A stretch of 64,000 nucleotides of DNA from Mycobacteriales bacterium (GTDB lineage Bacteria > Actinomycetota > Actinomycetes > Mycobacteriales > CADCTP01). A program made the position numbers and the translations under genes. Under the pieces are notes generated by a model. The model was not told the origin of the DNA and ran no database searches. It saw nothing but the letters and a program-made list of their open reading frames with translations. Location of the stretch: assembly GCA_035995165.1 (NCBI GenBank), contig DASYKU010000027.1:37733-101732 (forward strand), given 5' to 3'. Below, piece after piece: positions 27,034 through 36,202 of this stretch (position 1 is the first letter of the stretch; every line of letters starts with the position of its first letter).

Positions 27034-27335
27034 GTGGGTGCGCTGGTCGCGGACGAGCGGCGGTGCCGGATCCTGCTCGCGCTCGGCTACGGTCGCGCGC
27101 TTCCGGCCGGGCGGCCGGCCGACGAGGCCGGGGTGAGCGCCGCGACCGCGAGCAGCCACCTGACCGCGGCGTGGACTGGAGCCAGCAGCGCCACCACCTC
27201 TCCGGCGCGCTCGGCCGCGGCCTGCTCGACCGGCTGCCGGAGCTCGGCTGGATCGCCCGCGCCGACGCGACGCGCGCGATCCGGATCACCCCTGGGGGCG
27301 GGACGGCCTGCGCGCTACGTTCGGGCTCGACCTGA
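27034..27335 (+). pseudogene. decayed ArsR-type wHTH regulator (internal deletion plus frameshift)
   Basis: Frame 1 reads LVADERRCRILLALGYGRALPAGRPADEAGVSAATASSHL, an ArsR recognition helix. The conserved C-terminal part (HHLSGALGRGLLDRLPELGWIA...IRITPGG) continues only in another frame (ORF 27063..27335), and the wing/linker between them is missing. Confidence 0.45.
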
Positions 27336-27350
27336 GCTGAGGAGAGTCCC

Positions 27351-27812
27351 GTGACCGAGTCCCGGCCGCCGTTCCCGCCGTTCGACGCCCAGACCGCCGC
27401 GCAGAAGGTGCAGGCGGCCGAGGACGCGTGGAACTCCCGCGATCCGCAGCGGGTGAGCATGGCGTACACCGAGGACTCGGTCTGGCGGAACCGGGACCAG
27501 TTCGTCACCGGGCGGGCGGCGATCGTCGAGTTCCTCGCCGGCAAGTGGGAGCGGGAGCTGGACTACGCGCTGCGCAAGTCCCTCTGGGCGTACACGGACG
27601 ACCGGATCGCGGTGCGTTTCCAGTACGAGTGCCGGGACACGAACGGCCAGTGGTGGCGGTGCTACGGCAACGAGCTGTGGGAGTTCGCGGCGAACGGGCT
27701 GATGCGCCGGCGGGAGGCCAGCATCAACGACCTGGCGATCACCGAGTCGGACCGCCGGATCACCGGACCGCGCCCGGAGGACGAGCGCGGCGTCGACATT
27801 CCGCTGCAGTAG
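27351..27812 (+). CDS. DUF1348-family (NTF2/SnoaL-like) protein, 153 aa
   Basis: [27 protein letters not shown]...[26 protein letters not shown] matches the conserved DUF1348 sequence pattern. Confidence 0.8.
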   Translation: MTESRPPFPPFDAQTAAQKVQAAEDAWNSRDPQRVSMAYTEDSVWRNRDQFVTGRAAIVEFLAGKWERELDYALRKSLWAYTDDRIAVRFQYECRDTNGQWWRCYGNELWEFAANGLMRRREASINDLAITESDRRITGPRPEDERGVDIPLQ

Positions 27813-27877
27813 ACCTCACGTTCCGGCCGTCCGCGGCGTCTACCTGGTGACGGACCCGCGAGACGAAGGAGCACCCG

Positions 27878-28369
27878 ATGTCCACCCGGCACACGATCCT
27901 GGCCTCGCCGATCGGCGACCTCACGGTCGTGCGCGACGACGACGGCCTGACCGGGCTCTACTTCCCGCACCACTGGACCCGGCCGGACCGGACCGCGTTC
28001 GGCCCGCCGGTCACCGCCGGCTTCGATGACGTCGCGACCCAGCTGGCGGAGTACCTCGCCGGCGACCGGCGCACGTTCGACCTGCCCCTGCACGCCGACG
28101 GGGACTCGCTCCAGCGCCAGGTCTGGGCGCTGCTGGCCGCGATCCCGTACGGCTCGACCGTGACGTACGGGCACCTCGCCCGGACGCTCGGCTGTTCCGC
28201 GCAGGAGGTCGGCGCCGCGGTCGGCAGCAACCCGCTGTCGATCCTGGTGCCCTGCCACCGCGTGGTCGGCAGCACCGGCAAGCTCACCGGGTACGCCGGC
28301 GGGCTGGACCGCAAGCGGCACCTGCTCGACCTCGAATCGGGTCAGCAGGTCCTGGGAGCGGTGTCCTGA
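27878..28369 (+). CDS. ogt: methylated-DNA--protein-cysteine methyltransferase (copy 1), 163 aa
   Basis: The active site is VPCHRVVGSTGKLTGYAGGLDRKRHLLDLE. GAAGGAG RBS lies upstream. Confidence 0.9.
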   Translation: MSTRHTILASPIGDLTVVRDDDGLTGLYFPHHWTRPDRTAFGPPVTAGFDDVATQLAEYLAGDRRTFDLPLHADGDSLQRQVWALLAAIPYGSTVTYGHLARTLGCSAQEVGAAVGSNPLSILVPCHRVVGSTGKLTGYAGGLDRKRHLLDLESGQQVLGAVS

Positions 28370-28386
28370 AGCCCCCCTTCGAGCGC

Positions 28387-28830
28387 GTGGTCGCCGAGCA
28401 CGGCGCGACGGTCCTGCGGGTCTGCCGCGCGGTGCTCGGCCCGGCCGACGCCGACGACGCCTGGTCCGAGACGTTCCTGGCCGCGCTGAAGGCGTACCCG
28501 GAGCTGCCCGCGGACGCGAACGTCGAGGCCTGGCTCGTGACGATCGCGCACCGCAGGGCCATCGACGTGACCCGGGCGACCGCCCGGCGGGCCGTCCCGG
28601 TGCCGGACCCGCCCGAGACGCCGGCCCCGGACGGGACCGCTGATCTCGACCTCGCCGCCGCGGTGGCCGCCCTGCCGGTCAAGCAGCGGCAGGCCGTCGC
28701 GTACCACTACCTGACCGGACTGCCGTACGCGGAGATCGCGCGGCTGCTGGGCGGCACCGCCGACGCCGCCCGCCGCGCCGCCGCCGACGGCATCCGGACC
28801 CTGAGACGCACCGTAGGAGAGTCACGATGA
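28387..28830 (+). CDS. ECF-type sigma-70 family sigma factor (regions 2 and 4 only), 147 aa
   Basis: Region 2 reads DADDAWSETFLAAL...VEAWLVTIAHRRAIDVTR. Region 4 reads LPVKQRQAVAYHYLTGLPYAEIARLLGGTADAARRAAADGIRTLR. The start is uncertain (GTG at 28387). Confidence 0.75.
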   Translation: MVAEHGATVLRVCRAVLGPADADDAWSETFLAALKAYPELPADANVEAWLVTIAHRRAIDVTRATARRAVPVPDPPETPAPDGTADLDLAAAVAALPVKQRQAVAYHYLTGLPYAEIARLLGGTADAARRAAADGIRTLRRTVGESR

Positions 28831-29420
28831 ACGAGATCGGAGCGGCCTTCCCGGTCGGGGAGTCCGAAGTGGACCGACTGCACGCCCGGCTGGTCGCGGC
28901 CGCGCAGGCGGACGGGGTCCTCGACGTCGCGTACCGGACCGTGGACAGCCCGGTCGGGTCGCTGCTGCTGGCGGCGACCGAGCAGGGGCTGGTCCGGGTC
29001 GCGTTCGCGGGCGAGGACCACGACACGGTCCTGCAGTCGCTGGCCGACCGGATCAGCCCGCGGCTGCTGCGGGCCCCGGGCCGGCTCGACCCGGTCGCCC
29101 GGGAGCTGGAGGACTACTTCGCCGGCCGCCGGCAGGGCTTCGACCTGCCGCTGGACTGGCGGCTGTCCAGCGGCTTCCGGGCCACCGTGCTGCACCACCT
29201 GGCGACCGACGTCGGCTACGGCCGGACCGCGTCGTACCAGGCGCTGGCCGCGCTGGCCGGCAACCCGAAGGCGGTCCGCGCGGTCGGCACCGCCTGCGCG
29301 ACCAACCCGATCCCGGTCGTCGTGCCCTGCCACCGGGTGGTGCGCTCGGACGGCGGCATGGGCAACTACCGCGGCGGCCCCGAGGCCAAGCGGACCCTGC
29401 TCGACCTGGAGGCGGCATGA
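28827..29420 (+). CDS. methylated-DNA--protein-cysteine methyltransferase (copy 2, with a ~35-aa N-terminal extension), 197 aa
   Basis: The ATG overlaps the sigma factor stop (ATGA). The N-terminal MGMT domain is YRTVDSPVGSLLLAATEQGLVRVAF and the active site is VVPCHRVVRSDGGMGNYRGG. Confidence 0.85.
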   Translation: MNEIGAAFPVGESEVDRLHARLVAAAQADGVLDVAYRTVDSPVGSLLLAATEQGLVRVAFAGEDHDTVLQSLADRISPRLLRAPGRLDPVARELEDYFAGRRQGFDLPLDWRLSSGFRATVLHHLATDVGYGRTASYQALAALAGNPKAVRAVGTACATNPIPVVVPCHRVVRSDGGMGNYRGGPEAKRTLLDLEAA

Positions 29421-30124
29421 GCTACGCGGACCGGGTGGCCGCGGCGGACTGGTCCCGCGTCGCCACCGAGCTGGACGACCACGGCAGCGGCCTGATCGGC
29501 CCGCTGCTGGACCCGGCGCAGGCCAAGGAGATCGCCGCGCTCTACGACGACCCGTCCCGGTTCCGGTCCACTGTGGACATGGAGCGGCACCGGTTCGGCC
29601 GCGGGCAGTACCGCTACTTCGCCGAGCCGTTCCCGGACGCGGTGGTCGAGCTCAAGCAGGCGCTCTACCCGCGGCTGCTGCCGATCGCCCGGGACTGGTG
29701 GACCCGGCTCGGCCGGGAGACGCCCTGGCCGGACAGCCTCCAGGAGTGGCTGGAGCGGTGCCACGCCGCCGGGCAGACCAAGTCCACCCCGATCCTGCTG
29801 CGCTACGGCCAGGGCGACTGGAATGCGCTGCACCGCGATCTCTACGGCGAGCTCGTCTTCCCGCTGCAGGTGGTGATCAACCTCAACGACCCGGGCGTCG
29901 ACCACACCGGCGGCGAGTTCCTGCTCTACGAGCAGCGGCCGCGGGCGCAGTCGCGGGGCACCGCGACGCTCATCCCGTACGGGCACGGGCTGGTCTTCAC
30001 CACCCGGGACCGGCCGGTCCGCGGCGCCCGGGGCTGGTCGGCCGCCCCCGTCCGGCACGGCGTCTCGGTGATCCGGTCCGGACAGCGGTTCACCCTCGCC
30101 CTCGTCTTCCACGACGCGGCATGA
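29417..30124 (+). CDS. 2OG-Fe(II) oxygenase of the predicted nucleic-acid demethylase type (PF09859-like), 235 aa
   Basis: ATGA overlap with the upstream gene. LLRYGQGDWNALHRDLYGELVFPLQVVINL...GGEFLL...VRHGVS carries the HxD...H facial-triad pattern. Confidence 0.7.
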   Translation: MSYADRVAAADWSRVATELDDHGSGLIGPLLDPAQAKEIAALYDDPSRFRSTVDMERHRFGRGQYRYFAEPFPDAVVELKQALYPRLLPIARDWWTRLGRETPWPDSLQEWLERCHAAGQTKSTPILLRYGQGDWNALHRDLYGELVFPLQVVINLNDPGVDHTGGEFLLYEQRPRAQSRGTATLIPYGHGLVFTTRDRPVRGARGWSAAPVRHGVSVIRSGQRFTLALVFHDAA

Positions 30125-30363
30125 GCTGGACCCTGCTCGGCCCGGCCGGGCCGTACGAGAGCGCCGTGCCGGGCACGCTCGGCGGGCACCGTCGCAACAA
30201 GCTCTACGGTCGGCTCGACTGTCCCGGCGCGCTGCGCTGGATCGCCAAGGGGCACTACGTGCAGCACCGGGTGTTCTTCGCCGACGAGGCCACCGCGGTC
30301 GCGACCGGCTTCCGGCCCTGCGCGAACTGCCTGCCGGCGGAGTACCGGAGGTGGAAGGGATGA
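30121..30363 (+). CDS. stand-alone Ada N-terminal-like metal-binding domain protein, 80 aa
   Basis: ATGA overlap with the upstream gene. ...LDCPGA...ATGFRPCANCLP resembles the GFRPCxxC half of the Ada Zn site. Only three Cys are present. Confidence 0.55.
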   Translation: MSWTLLGPAGPYESAVPGTLGGHRRNKLYGRLDCPGALRWIAKGHYVQHRVFFADEATAVATGFRPCANCLPAEYRRWKG

Positions 30364-31031
30364 CGTTGTTCGAGCGGCCGAAGGCCGAGATCGCTCCGGG
30401 CGCCGTGCACCTGCCGGGCCGGCTGGACCTCGCCGGGCGACGCCGGCTGGTCGAGGCCTACGCGCAGTGGACGGCCGGCCCGGTCCCGGCGCACGCGGCC
30501 GTGCTGCCCGGTGGCCACCCGATGTCCGTCCGGATGGTGTGCCTGGGCTGGCACTGGTCGCCCTACCGGTACACCCGCACGGCCGACGACGTGAACGGCG
30601 CCCGCGTGCTCGACTTCCCCGACTGGCTCGGCGACCTCGGCCGCCGGGTCCTCGCCGACGCGTACGACGAGGACGCCGCGGCCGCGTACCGGCCGGACAC
30701 CGCCCTGGTCAACTGGTACCACCCGAGCGCGCGGATGGGCATGCACCAGGACAAGGACGAGGTCACCGACGCCCCGGTGGTCTCGCTGTCGATCGGCGCG
30801 AGCTGTGTCTTCCGGTTCGGGAATCCCGGGACCCGCGGGAAGCCGTACACGGACGTGACGCTGGCGTCCGGGGACGCGGTGGTGTTCGGCCGGGAGAGCC
30901 GGTTCGCGTACCACGGGGTGCCGCGGATCCTGCCCGGTACGGCCGACCCGGACGCGGGACTGCCGGCGGGACGGATCAACATCACGCTGCGGAGCACCGG
31001 GTTGACCGACAATGGCGGGCATGCGGACTGA
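30360..31031 (+). CDS. alkB: alpha-ketoglutarate-dependent dioxygenase AlkB, 223 aa
   Basis: ATGA overlap with the upstream gene. NWYHPSARMGMHQDKDE (HxD), SLSIGASCVFRFG, RFAYHGVPRI and RINITLR are AlkB motifs. Confidence 0.85.
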   Translation: MTLFERPKAEIAPGAVHLPGRLDLAGRRRLVEAYAQWTAGPVPAHAAVLPGGHPMSVRMVCLGWHWSPYRYTRTADDVNGARVLDFPDWLGDLGRRVLADAYDEDAAAAYRPDTALVNWYHPSARMGMHQDKDEVTDAPVVSLSIGASCVFRFGNPGTRGKPYTDVTLASGDAVVFGRESRFAYHGVPRILPGTADPDAGLPAGRINITLRSTGLTDNGGHAD

Positions 31032-32175
31032 GGTCGCGATCGTCGGAGCCGGGCCGGCCGGCCTGCTGCTGTCCCACCTGCTGGCCCAGGACGGCGTCGA
31101 GTCGGTCGTGGTCGAGGCCCGCTCCCGGGAGTACGTCGAGGCCCGCATCCGGGCCGGCATCCTGGAGCACTCGACCGTCCAGTTGCTCGATCGGGCCGGC
31201 CTCGGCGACCGGCTCAGAACAGAGGGCGTCCAGCACCGCGGGATCTACCTGCAGTGGCCGGGCGAGCGGCACCACTTCGACTTCCTCGACCTGGTCGGGC
31301 GCAGCGTCTGGGTCTACGGGCAGACCGAGGTGCAGAAGGATCTCGGCCGGGCCCGGGAGGCGGCCGGCCAGCAGATCGTCTACGAGGCCGCGGATGTCGC
31401 CGTGCACGATGTCACCGACCGTCCACACGTGACGTTCACCGTGGACGGACGGCCGCAGCGGCTGGACGCCGAGGTGGTGGTCGGCTGCGACGGGTCGTTC
31501 GGTCCGAGCCGGGCCGCGATCCCGGCGGCCGAGGTGCAGGGCTGGGCCCGGACGTACCCGTACTCGTGGCTGGGGATTCTGGCCGACGCCGCCCCCTCCA
31601 CCGACGAGCTGATCTACGCCTGGCACCCGAACGGCTTCGCGTTGCACTCCATGCGCTCGGCCACGGTCAGCCGGCTCTACCTCCAGGTCCCCAACGGCAC
31701 CGATGTGGCCGACTGGTCCGACGACCGGATCTGGGCCGAGCTGGCCACCCGGATCGGGCCGGAGCGGGTGCCCGGCCCGATCACCGACAAGAGCGTGCTG
31801 CCGATGCGCAGCGCGGTGCAGGCGCCGATGTCGTACGGGAAGCTGTTCCTGGCCGGGGACGCCGCCCACATCGTGCCGCCGACCGGGGCCAAGGGCCTCA
31901 ACCTCGCCGTCGCCGACGTGGCCCTGCTGGCCCCGGCCCTGCTCGCGCTGCTGCGGGAGAAGGACCCCCGGCTGGCGGAGTCCTATTCGGACACCGCACT
32001 GCGCCGGGTCTGGCGCTGCACCCACTTCTCCTGGTGGATGACGACGATGCTGCACACCGGCGAGGACCCGTTCGACCAGCAGCTGCAGCTGTCCCAGCTG
32101 CGCTGGGTCGCCGGCAGCGCGGCCGGCGCGACCGGGCTGGCGGAGAACTACGCCGGGCTGCCCATCGGCTACTGA
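31021..32175 (+). CDS. pobA: 4-hydroxybenzoate 3-monooxygenase
   Basis: MRTEVAIVGAGPAGLLLSHLL is followed by a PobA-like sequence throughout (FLAGDAAHIVPPTGAKGLNLAVADV). An alternative ATG lies at 31012. Confidence 0.9.
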   Translation: MRTEVAIVGAGPAGLLLSHLLAQDGVESVVVEARSREYVEARIRAGILEHSTVQLLDRAGLGDRLRTEGVQHRGIYLQWPGERHHFDFLDLVGRSVWVYGQTEVQKDLGRAREAAGQQIVYEAADVAVHDVTDRPHVTFTVDGRPQRLDAEVVVGCDGSFGPSRAAIPAAEVQGWARTYPYSWLGILADAAPSTDELIYAWHPNGFALHSMRSATVSRLYLQVPNGTDVADWSDDRIWAELATRIGPERVPGPITDKSVLPMRSAVQAPMSYGKLFLAGDAAHIVPPTGAKGLNLAVADVALLAPALLALLREKDPRLAESYSDTALRRVWRCTHFSWWMTTMLHTGEDPFDQQLQLSQLRWVAGSAAGATGLAENYAGLPIGY

Positions 32176-33425
32176 GCTGCGTTCACCGCGCTGGTGACGT
32201 TCGCCAGCGTCGGCTGGGCGACGGCCTTGCCGTTCACCAGGACGGTCGGGGTGCCGGTCACGCCGTCCTTGGACGACTGGTCGGTCGCCTTGGCCACGTA
32301 GTCCGCGTACGTCCCGGCGCGGATCTGGGCCTCGACCGAGCCCGCCCCGGCCTGCTGGGCCAGCTGCACCAGGGTGTCCTCGGTCAGCCCGGCCGAGCCC
32401 TCCGCCGGCTGCTGCTGGTAGAGCAGCGCGTGGTACTTGGCGAACACGTCGGCGCTGACCCCGGCCGAGGCGTAGAGCGCGTTCGCGGCCCGGCTGGAGT
32501 ACTTCGTGGTCGAGGACGAGTCCAGGAACGAGATCACGTGGTAGTGGACCTTGACCGTGCCGTTCGCGATCCAGGTCGAGATCGCCGAGCCGACCTGGGA
32601 CTCGAACTGGGCGCAGACCGGGCACTGCGGGTCCTCGTACAGGTCGAGGGTGACGGGGGCGGTGGCCTGTCCGACGGTCACGCCGTCGGCCAGCGAGGCG
32701 CCGGCCGGGGTCGGCCCGGTCGGCGGCGGGATCCGGGAGGCCTGGACCCCGATGCCGGCCCCGACGAGCGCGACCAGCGCGATCCCGGCCACCCCCGAGG
32801 TCAGCGCGACCCGGCGGTCGCCGGCCCGGCGGCGCTTCTCGGCCAGCTCGGCCAGCCGGCGCCGGCCCTCGGCCGTCCGCCGCGGACCCGTGATCGCCGG
32901 CTCCGGCCCGGCCGTCCGGATCGCGCCGTCGACCGCCCACCGGGTCCGGTACGCCCAGACCAGGAACGCCGAGACCACCAGCAGGCCGGCGTCCCGCAGG
33001 ATCTCCCCGGTGTACGCGGTCGACTGGCCCGCGCCGAGCTGCCCGCCGCCGCCGAAGCAGCCGCACTCGATCTGCAGCCCGCGGACGGCGGCGGAGATGA
33101 TCCCGGTCAGGAACACCACGAACAGCGCCGCGGACACGATCGCGGCCACCCGGGTCGCGAGCCCGGCCAGCAGCAGCACGGCCAGCCCGATCTCCAGGAA
33201 CGGCAGGCCGTAGCCGACGCCCTGGGCCAGCCACTCCGGCAGGATCTGGTACGCCCGCACGGCCCGGACGGAGGCCGCCGGGTCACCCGTCTTCGACACC
33301 GCCGCGTAGGCCCAGACGGCCGCGAGCAGCAGCCGGGCCGCGGTGCCGACCCAGGGCAGGATCCGGCGCGGCGGCGGCGACTCGACGGTCGGCGCGGACG
33401 CACGAGTGGCGGTGGCAGCGGGCAT
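32169..33425 (-). CDS. MauE/DoxX-type membrane protein fused to a DsbA-like thioredoxin domain, 418 aa
   Basis: ATG at 33423-33425. The N-terminal four TM helices carry IECGCFGGGG. After a linker and one further TM helix comes DLYEDPQCPVCAQFE (CxxC) with the DsbA-type ...GVTGTPTVLVNG. Confidence 0.75.
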   Translation of the reverse strand: MPAATATRASAPTVESPPPRRILPWVGTAARLLLAAVWAYAAVSKTGDPAASVRAVRAYQILPEWLAQGVGYGLPFLEIGLAVLLLAGLATRVAAIVSAALFVVFLTGIISAAVRGLQIECGCFGGGGQLGAGQSTAYTGEILRDAGLLVVSAFLVWAYRTRWAVDGAIRTAGPEPAITGPRRTAEGRRRLAELAEKRRRAGDRRVALTSGVAGIALVALVGAGIGVQASRIPPPTGPTPAGASLADGVTVGQATAPVTLDLYEDPQCPVCAQFESQVGSAISTWIANGTVKVHYHVISFLDSSSTTKYSSRAANALYASAGVSADVFAKYHALLYQQQPAEGSAGLTEDTLVQLAQQAGAGSVEAQIRAGTYADYVAKATDQSSKDGVTGTPTVLVNGKAVAQPTLANVTSAVNAAQ

Positions 33426-33668
33426 GACGGAACTCCCCCGGACGGGCACGTGGACGCTCGTGGGACGGGCGCCCGCGGACCCAGGATCCGCCCGCCGCCT
33501 GTGCACCAGTTATGAGCCCTGTCGCTAATCCCTACTGGTTTGGTAGAGTTCTGGCGTGCCGAGTTCGGAACTGTGGCGGGACCGCGCCCTCGACCTCCTG
33601 CGGGTCGTGGCGGCCGCGTGTCCGGGGGCCTGACCCCGCCCCGCCCACCTCTGGCCCTCGGAGTTCCC

Positions 33669-34157
33669 ATGACCACACCCACGCTGTACCTCCACCCTGC
33701 CCTGCTCCCGCTCGCCCCGGCCGTGACCGGCCGCCCGGACTGGCCGGTCGGCGACCTGGCCCGGCTGACCCGGTTGCTGGCCGCCGATCTCGCCGGCGCG
33801 CTGCGGTCCGAGGCCGTGCACGACCCGGCCGAACGCTGGTACCTGCGCCTCGCCCTCACCCAGTACGTCGAGGTCTGGCTGCTGACCTGGACCCCGGGCC
33901 AGGGGACCCGGCCGCACGACCACGGCGGTGCGGCCGGCTCGTACACGGTCCTGGACGGGGTGCTGACCGAGACCTGGCGGGACGGTTCCGGGCCGTCCCA
34001 CCGGGCCGTCCGTCCACACGGGACGGGGTCGGCGTTCGGGCCGGAACGGGTGCACGTGGTCGCGAACCGCGGGCTGCGTGACGCCACCAGCGTGCACGCG
34101 TACTCGCCGCCGCTGCTGCCGCTGGGCGAGGGCGTCCTCACGGAGCCGGGCCGATGA
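33669..34157 (+). CDS. cysteine dioxygenase-like cupin protein, 162 aa
   Basis: ATG at 33669. WTPGQGTRPHDHGGAAGSYTVLDGVLTE ... VHVVAN is a cupin metal site of the bacterial CDO type. Confidence 0.65.
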   Translation: MTTPTLYLHPALLPLAPAVTGRPDWPVGDLARLTRLLAADLAGALRSEAVHDPAERWYLRLALTQYVEVWLLTWTPGQGTRPHDHGGAAGSYTVLDGVLTETWRDGSGPSHRAVRPHGTGSAFGPERVHVVANRGLRDATSVHAYSPPLLPLGEGVLTEPGR

Positions 34158-34546
34158 GCGTCGACGCGCTGCTGAACGACGCCCGCGTCGGGATGACGCG
34201 GCTGGACCCGGTGGCGGCGGCCCGCGCCCAGGCCGACGGCGCCGTCCTCGTGGATACCCGGCCGTACGCGTTCCGGGCGGCGGAGGGGGAGATCGCGGGC
34301 GCGCTCGTGGTCGAGCGGAACGTGCTGGAGTGGCGGTTCGCGCCGGACAGCCCCTGGCGGCTGCCGGAGGCCGACCCGGACGCGGTCGTGGTCGTCGTCT
34401 GCAACGAGGGGTACGCGTCCAGCCTCGCCGCCGACTCGCTGCGCCGGCTCGGGGTCCGGCGCGCCACCGATCTGGCCGGCGGCTTCCGGGCCTGGGTCGC
34501 CGCCGGCCTCCCCACCGTCCCCGGCGGCTCCCCCGCCCGCCCCTAG
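34154..34546 (+). CDS. rhodanese-domain protein, 130 aa
   Basis: ATGA overlap with the CDO-like gene. The active-site loop context is VVVVCNEGYASSLAADSLRRLG and the C-terminus reads DLAGGFRAW. Confidence 0.8.
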   Translation: MSVDALLNDARVGMTRLDPVAAARAQADGAVLVDTRPYAFRAAEGEIAGALVVERNVLEWRFAPDSPWRLPEADPDAVVVVVCNEGYASSLAADSLRRLGVRRATDLAGGFRAWVAAGLPTVPGGSPARP

Positions 34547-35031
34547 CCGGCGCGGCCGGCGAGGGCGGTGAGGCGGCCGCGCAGGCGGGGGCCGGCGGCG
34601 GGGCCGGGGAGGAACCGCACGTCGAGCTCGTCGATCGGGCGGCCGGTCCGCCGGTCGACCAGGACCGGGTCGACCTCGGCGCCGGTCGCCCGGTCGGTGA
34701 GGACCATGGTCCGCCGTTCCGGTGCGATCCGCTCCGCGGCGTACAGGGCCAGCACGACCGGGTGGAAGTCGCGCCCGCGCGCGGTCAGCACGTACTCGTC
34801 CCGGGGCGGCCGCTCGGAGTAGCGGCGCCGCTCGACCAGCCCGGCCGCACCGAGCGTGCCGAGCCGCCGGGTGAGCATGTTCGGGGCGATGCCGAGGTCG
34901 GTCTGCAGCTCGTCGAAGCGGGTGAGGCCGTCGAAGAGGTCCCGCAGGATCAACAGGCTCCAGACGTCCCCGACCGTGTCGGCGCCGCGGGCGACCGGGC
35001 ACTCGCTGTCGGCGAAGCTGATCCGGCGCAC
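34543..35031 (-). CDS. HxlR-family transcriptional regulator, 162 aa
   Basis: CPVARGADTVGDVWSLLILRDLFDGLTRFDELQTDLGIAPNMLTRRLGTL..GLVERRRY is the HxlR wHTH. The gene lies 2 nt downstream of the AKR gene. Confidence 0.85.
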   Translation of the reverse strand: MRRISFADSECPVARGADTVGDVWSLLILRDLFDGLTRFDELQTDLGIAPNMLTRRLGTLGAAGLVERRRYSERPPRDEYVLTARGRDFHPVVLALYAAERIAPERRTMVLTDRATGAEVDPVLVDRRTGRPIDELDVRFLPGPAAGPRLRGRLTALAGRAG

Positions 35032-35033
35032 GC

Positions 35034-36071
35034 TCAGGCCACCGGGGTCAGCCGGTCGAAGGACTCCGAGTGCCCGCCGAGCACGCCGTTGAGCACGCCC
35101 CGCCCGGCGTCGTGCGGGACCCCGAGGGCCGGCGCGCTGACCGCGTCCAGCCGCTCGTACTGGTCCGGGGTCAGCGAGACCGACAGCGCGGCCAGGTAGT
35201 CCTCCAGCTGCTCCGGCGTCCGCGGGCCGATGATCGGCAGCACGGCCGTGGCCGAGCCGGCGAACCGGTGCCGCAGCCAGGACACCGCCACCCGCGACGG
35301 CGGCTCGGAGACCTCCGCGGCGACCGCGAGCAGCGCGTCCAGCACGGCGGTCTTCTGCTCGGTGTCCTCGCGCTGGATCACCGCCTTCAGCGTGGTCAGC
35401 CGGCCCTCGTCGCTGCGCCGGTACTTCCCGGTCAGCAGCCCGCCGCCGAGCGGCGACCAGAGCACCGTGCCGAGCCCGAGGCCCTCGGCCATCGGCACCA
35501 GCTCCCGCTCGGCGGTCCGCTCGGCCAGGCTGTACTCGAACTGCACGCCGACCAGCGACCGCGACAGCGCCGCCGCGGTCGCGACCCGCCAGGCCGGGAA
35601 GTTCGAGAGCCCGCCGTGCAGGATCTTGCCCGCCCGGACCAGGTCGTCGAAGGTCTCGACGATCTCCTCGATCGGGGTGACCTGGTCCGGCCAGTGCGCC
35701 CAGTAGAGGTCGAGGTGGTCGGTGCCGAGCCGCCGCAGCGTCCCCTCCAGCGAGCGCACGATCACCTTGCGGCTGTTGCCGGTGGACGAGATGTCCTTGG
35801 TCCGGCCCACGCTCTGGGTGAACTTGCTGGCCACCACGAAGTGGTCCCGGTCGGCGGCCAGGAACTCGCCCAGCAGCTCCTCGGACTCCCCGAACTGGTA
35901 CGTGTCCGAGGTGTCGATCGCGGTCCCGCCGGCCTCGGCGAACCGGTCGAAGATCACCTTGGCGGTGTCCCGGTCGGCCCCGGTGGCCCAGCCGGTGCCG
36001 AAGTTGGCCGCGCCCAGCACGTACTCGGAGACCCGCAGGCCGGTCCGCCGCCCGAACGTCGTGTACCGCAT
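35034..36071 (-). CDS. aldo/keto reductase, 345 aa
   Basis: ATG at 36069-36071 gives MRYTTFGRRTGLRVSEYVLGAANFG. IDTSDTYQFGESEE, LDLYWAHWPD and GLSNFPAW are AKR motifs. Confidence 0.9.
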   Translation of the reverse strand: MRYTTFGRRTGLRVSEYVLGAANFGTGWATGADRDTAKVIFDRFAEAGGTAIDTSDTYQFGESEELLGEFLAADRDHFVVASKFTQSVGRTKDISSTGNSRKVIVRSLEGTLRRLGTDHLDLYWAHWPDQVTPIEEIVETFDDLVRAGKILHGGLSNFPAWRVATAAALSRSLVGVQFEYSLAERTAERELVPMAEGLGLGTVLWSPLGGGLLTGKYRRSDEGRLTTLKAVIQREDTEQKTAVLDALLAVAAEVSEPPSRVAVSWLRHRFAGSATAVLPIIGPRTPEQLEDYLAALSVSLTPDQYERLDAVSAPALGVPHDAGRGVLNGVLGGHSESFDRLTPVA

Positions 36072-36202
36072 CGTCCTCGTCACGGGACCGACGCTAGGCC
36101 GGTGACTTGCATCATGCAAGTCAGGGGCGGGTGATGGTGCTCTCCCGGCCCGTACGGCAACCTGGGCCCGATCACGACGACGTGTGGACCGAGGGGGTAC
36201 CC

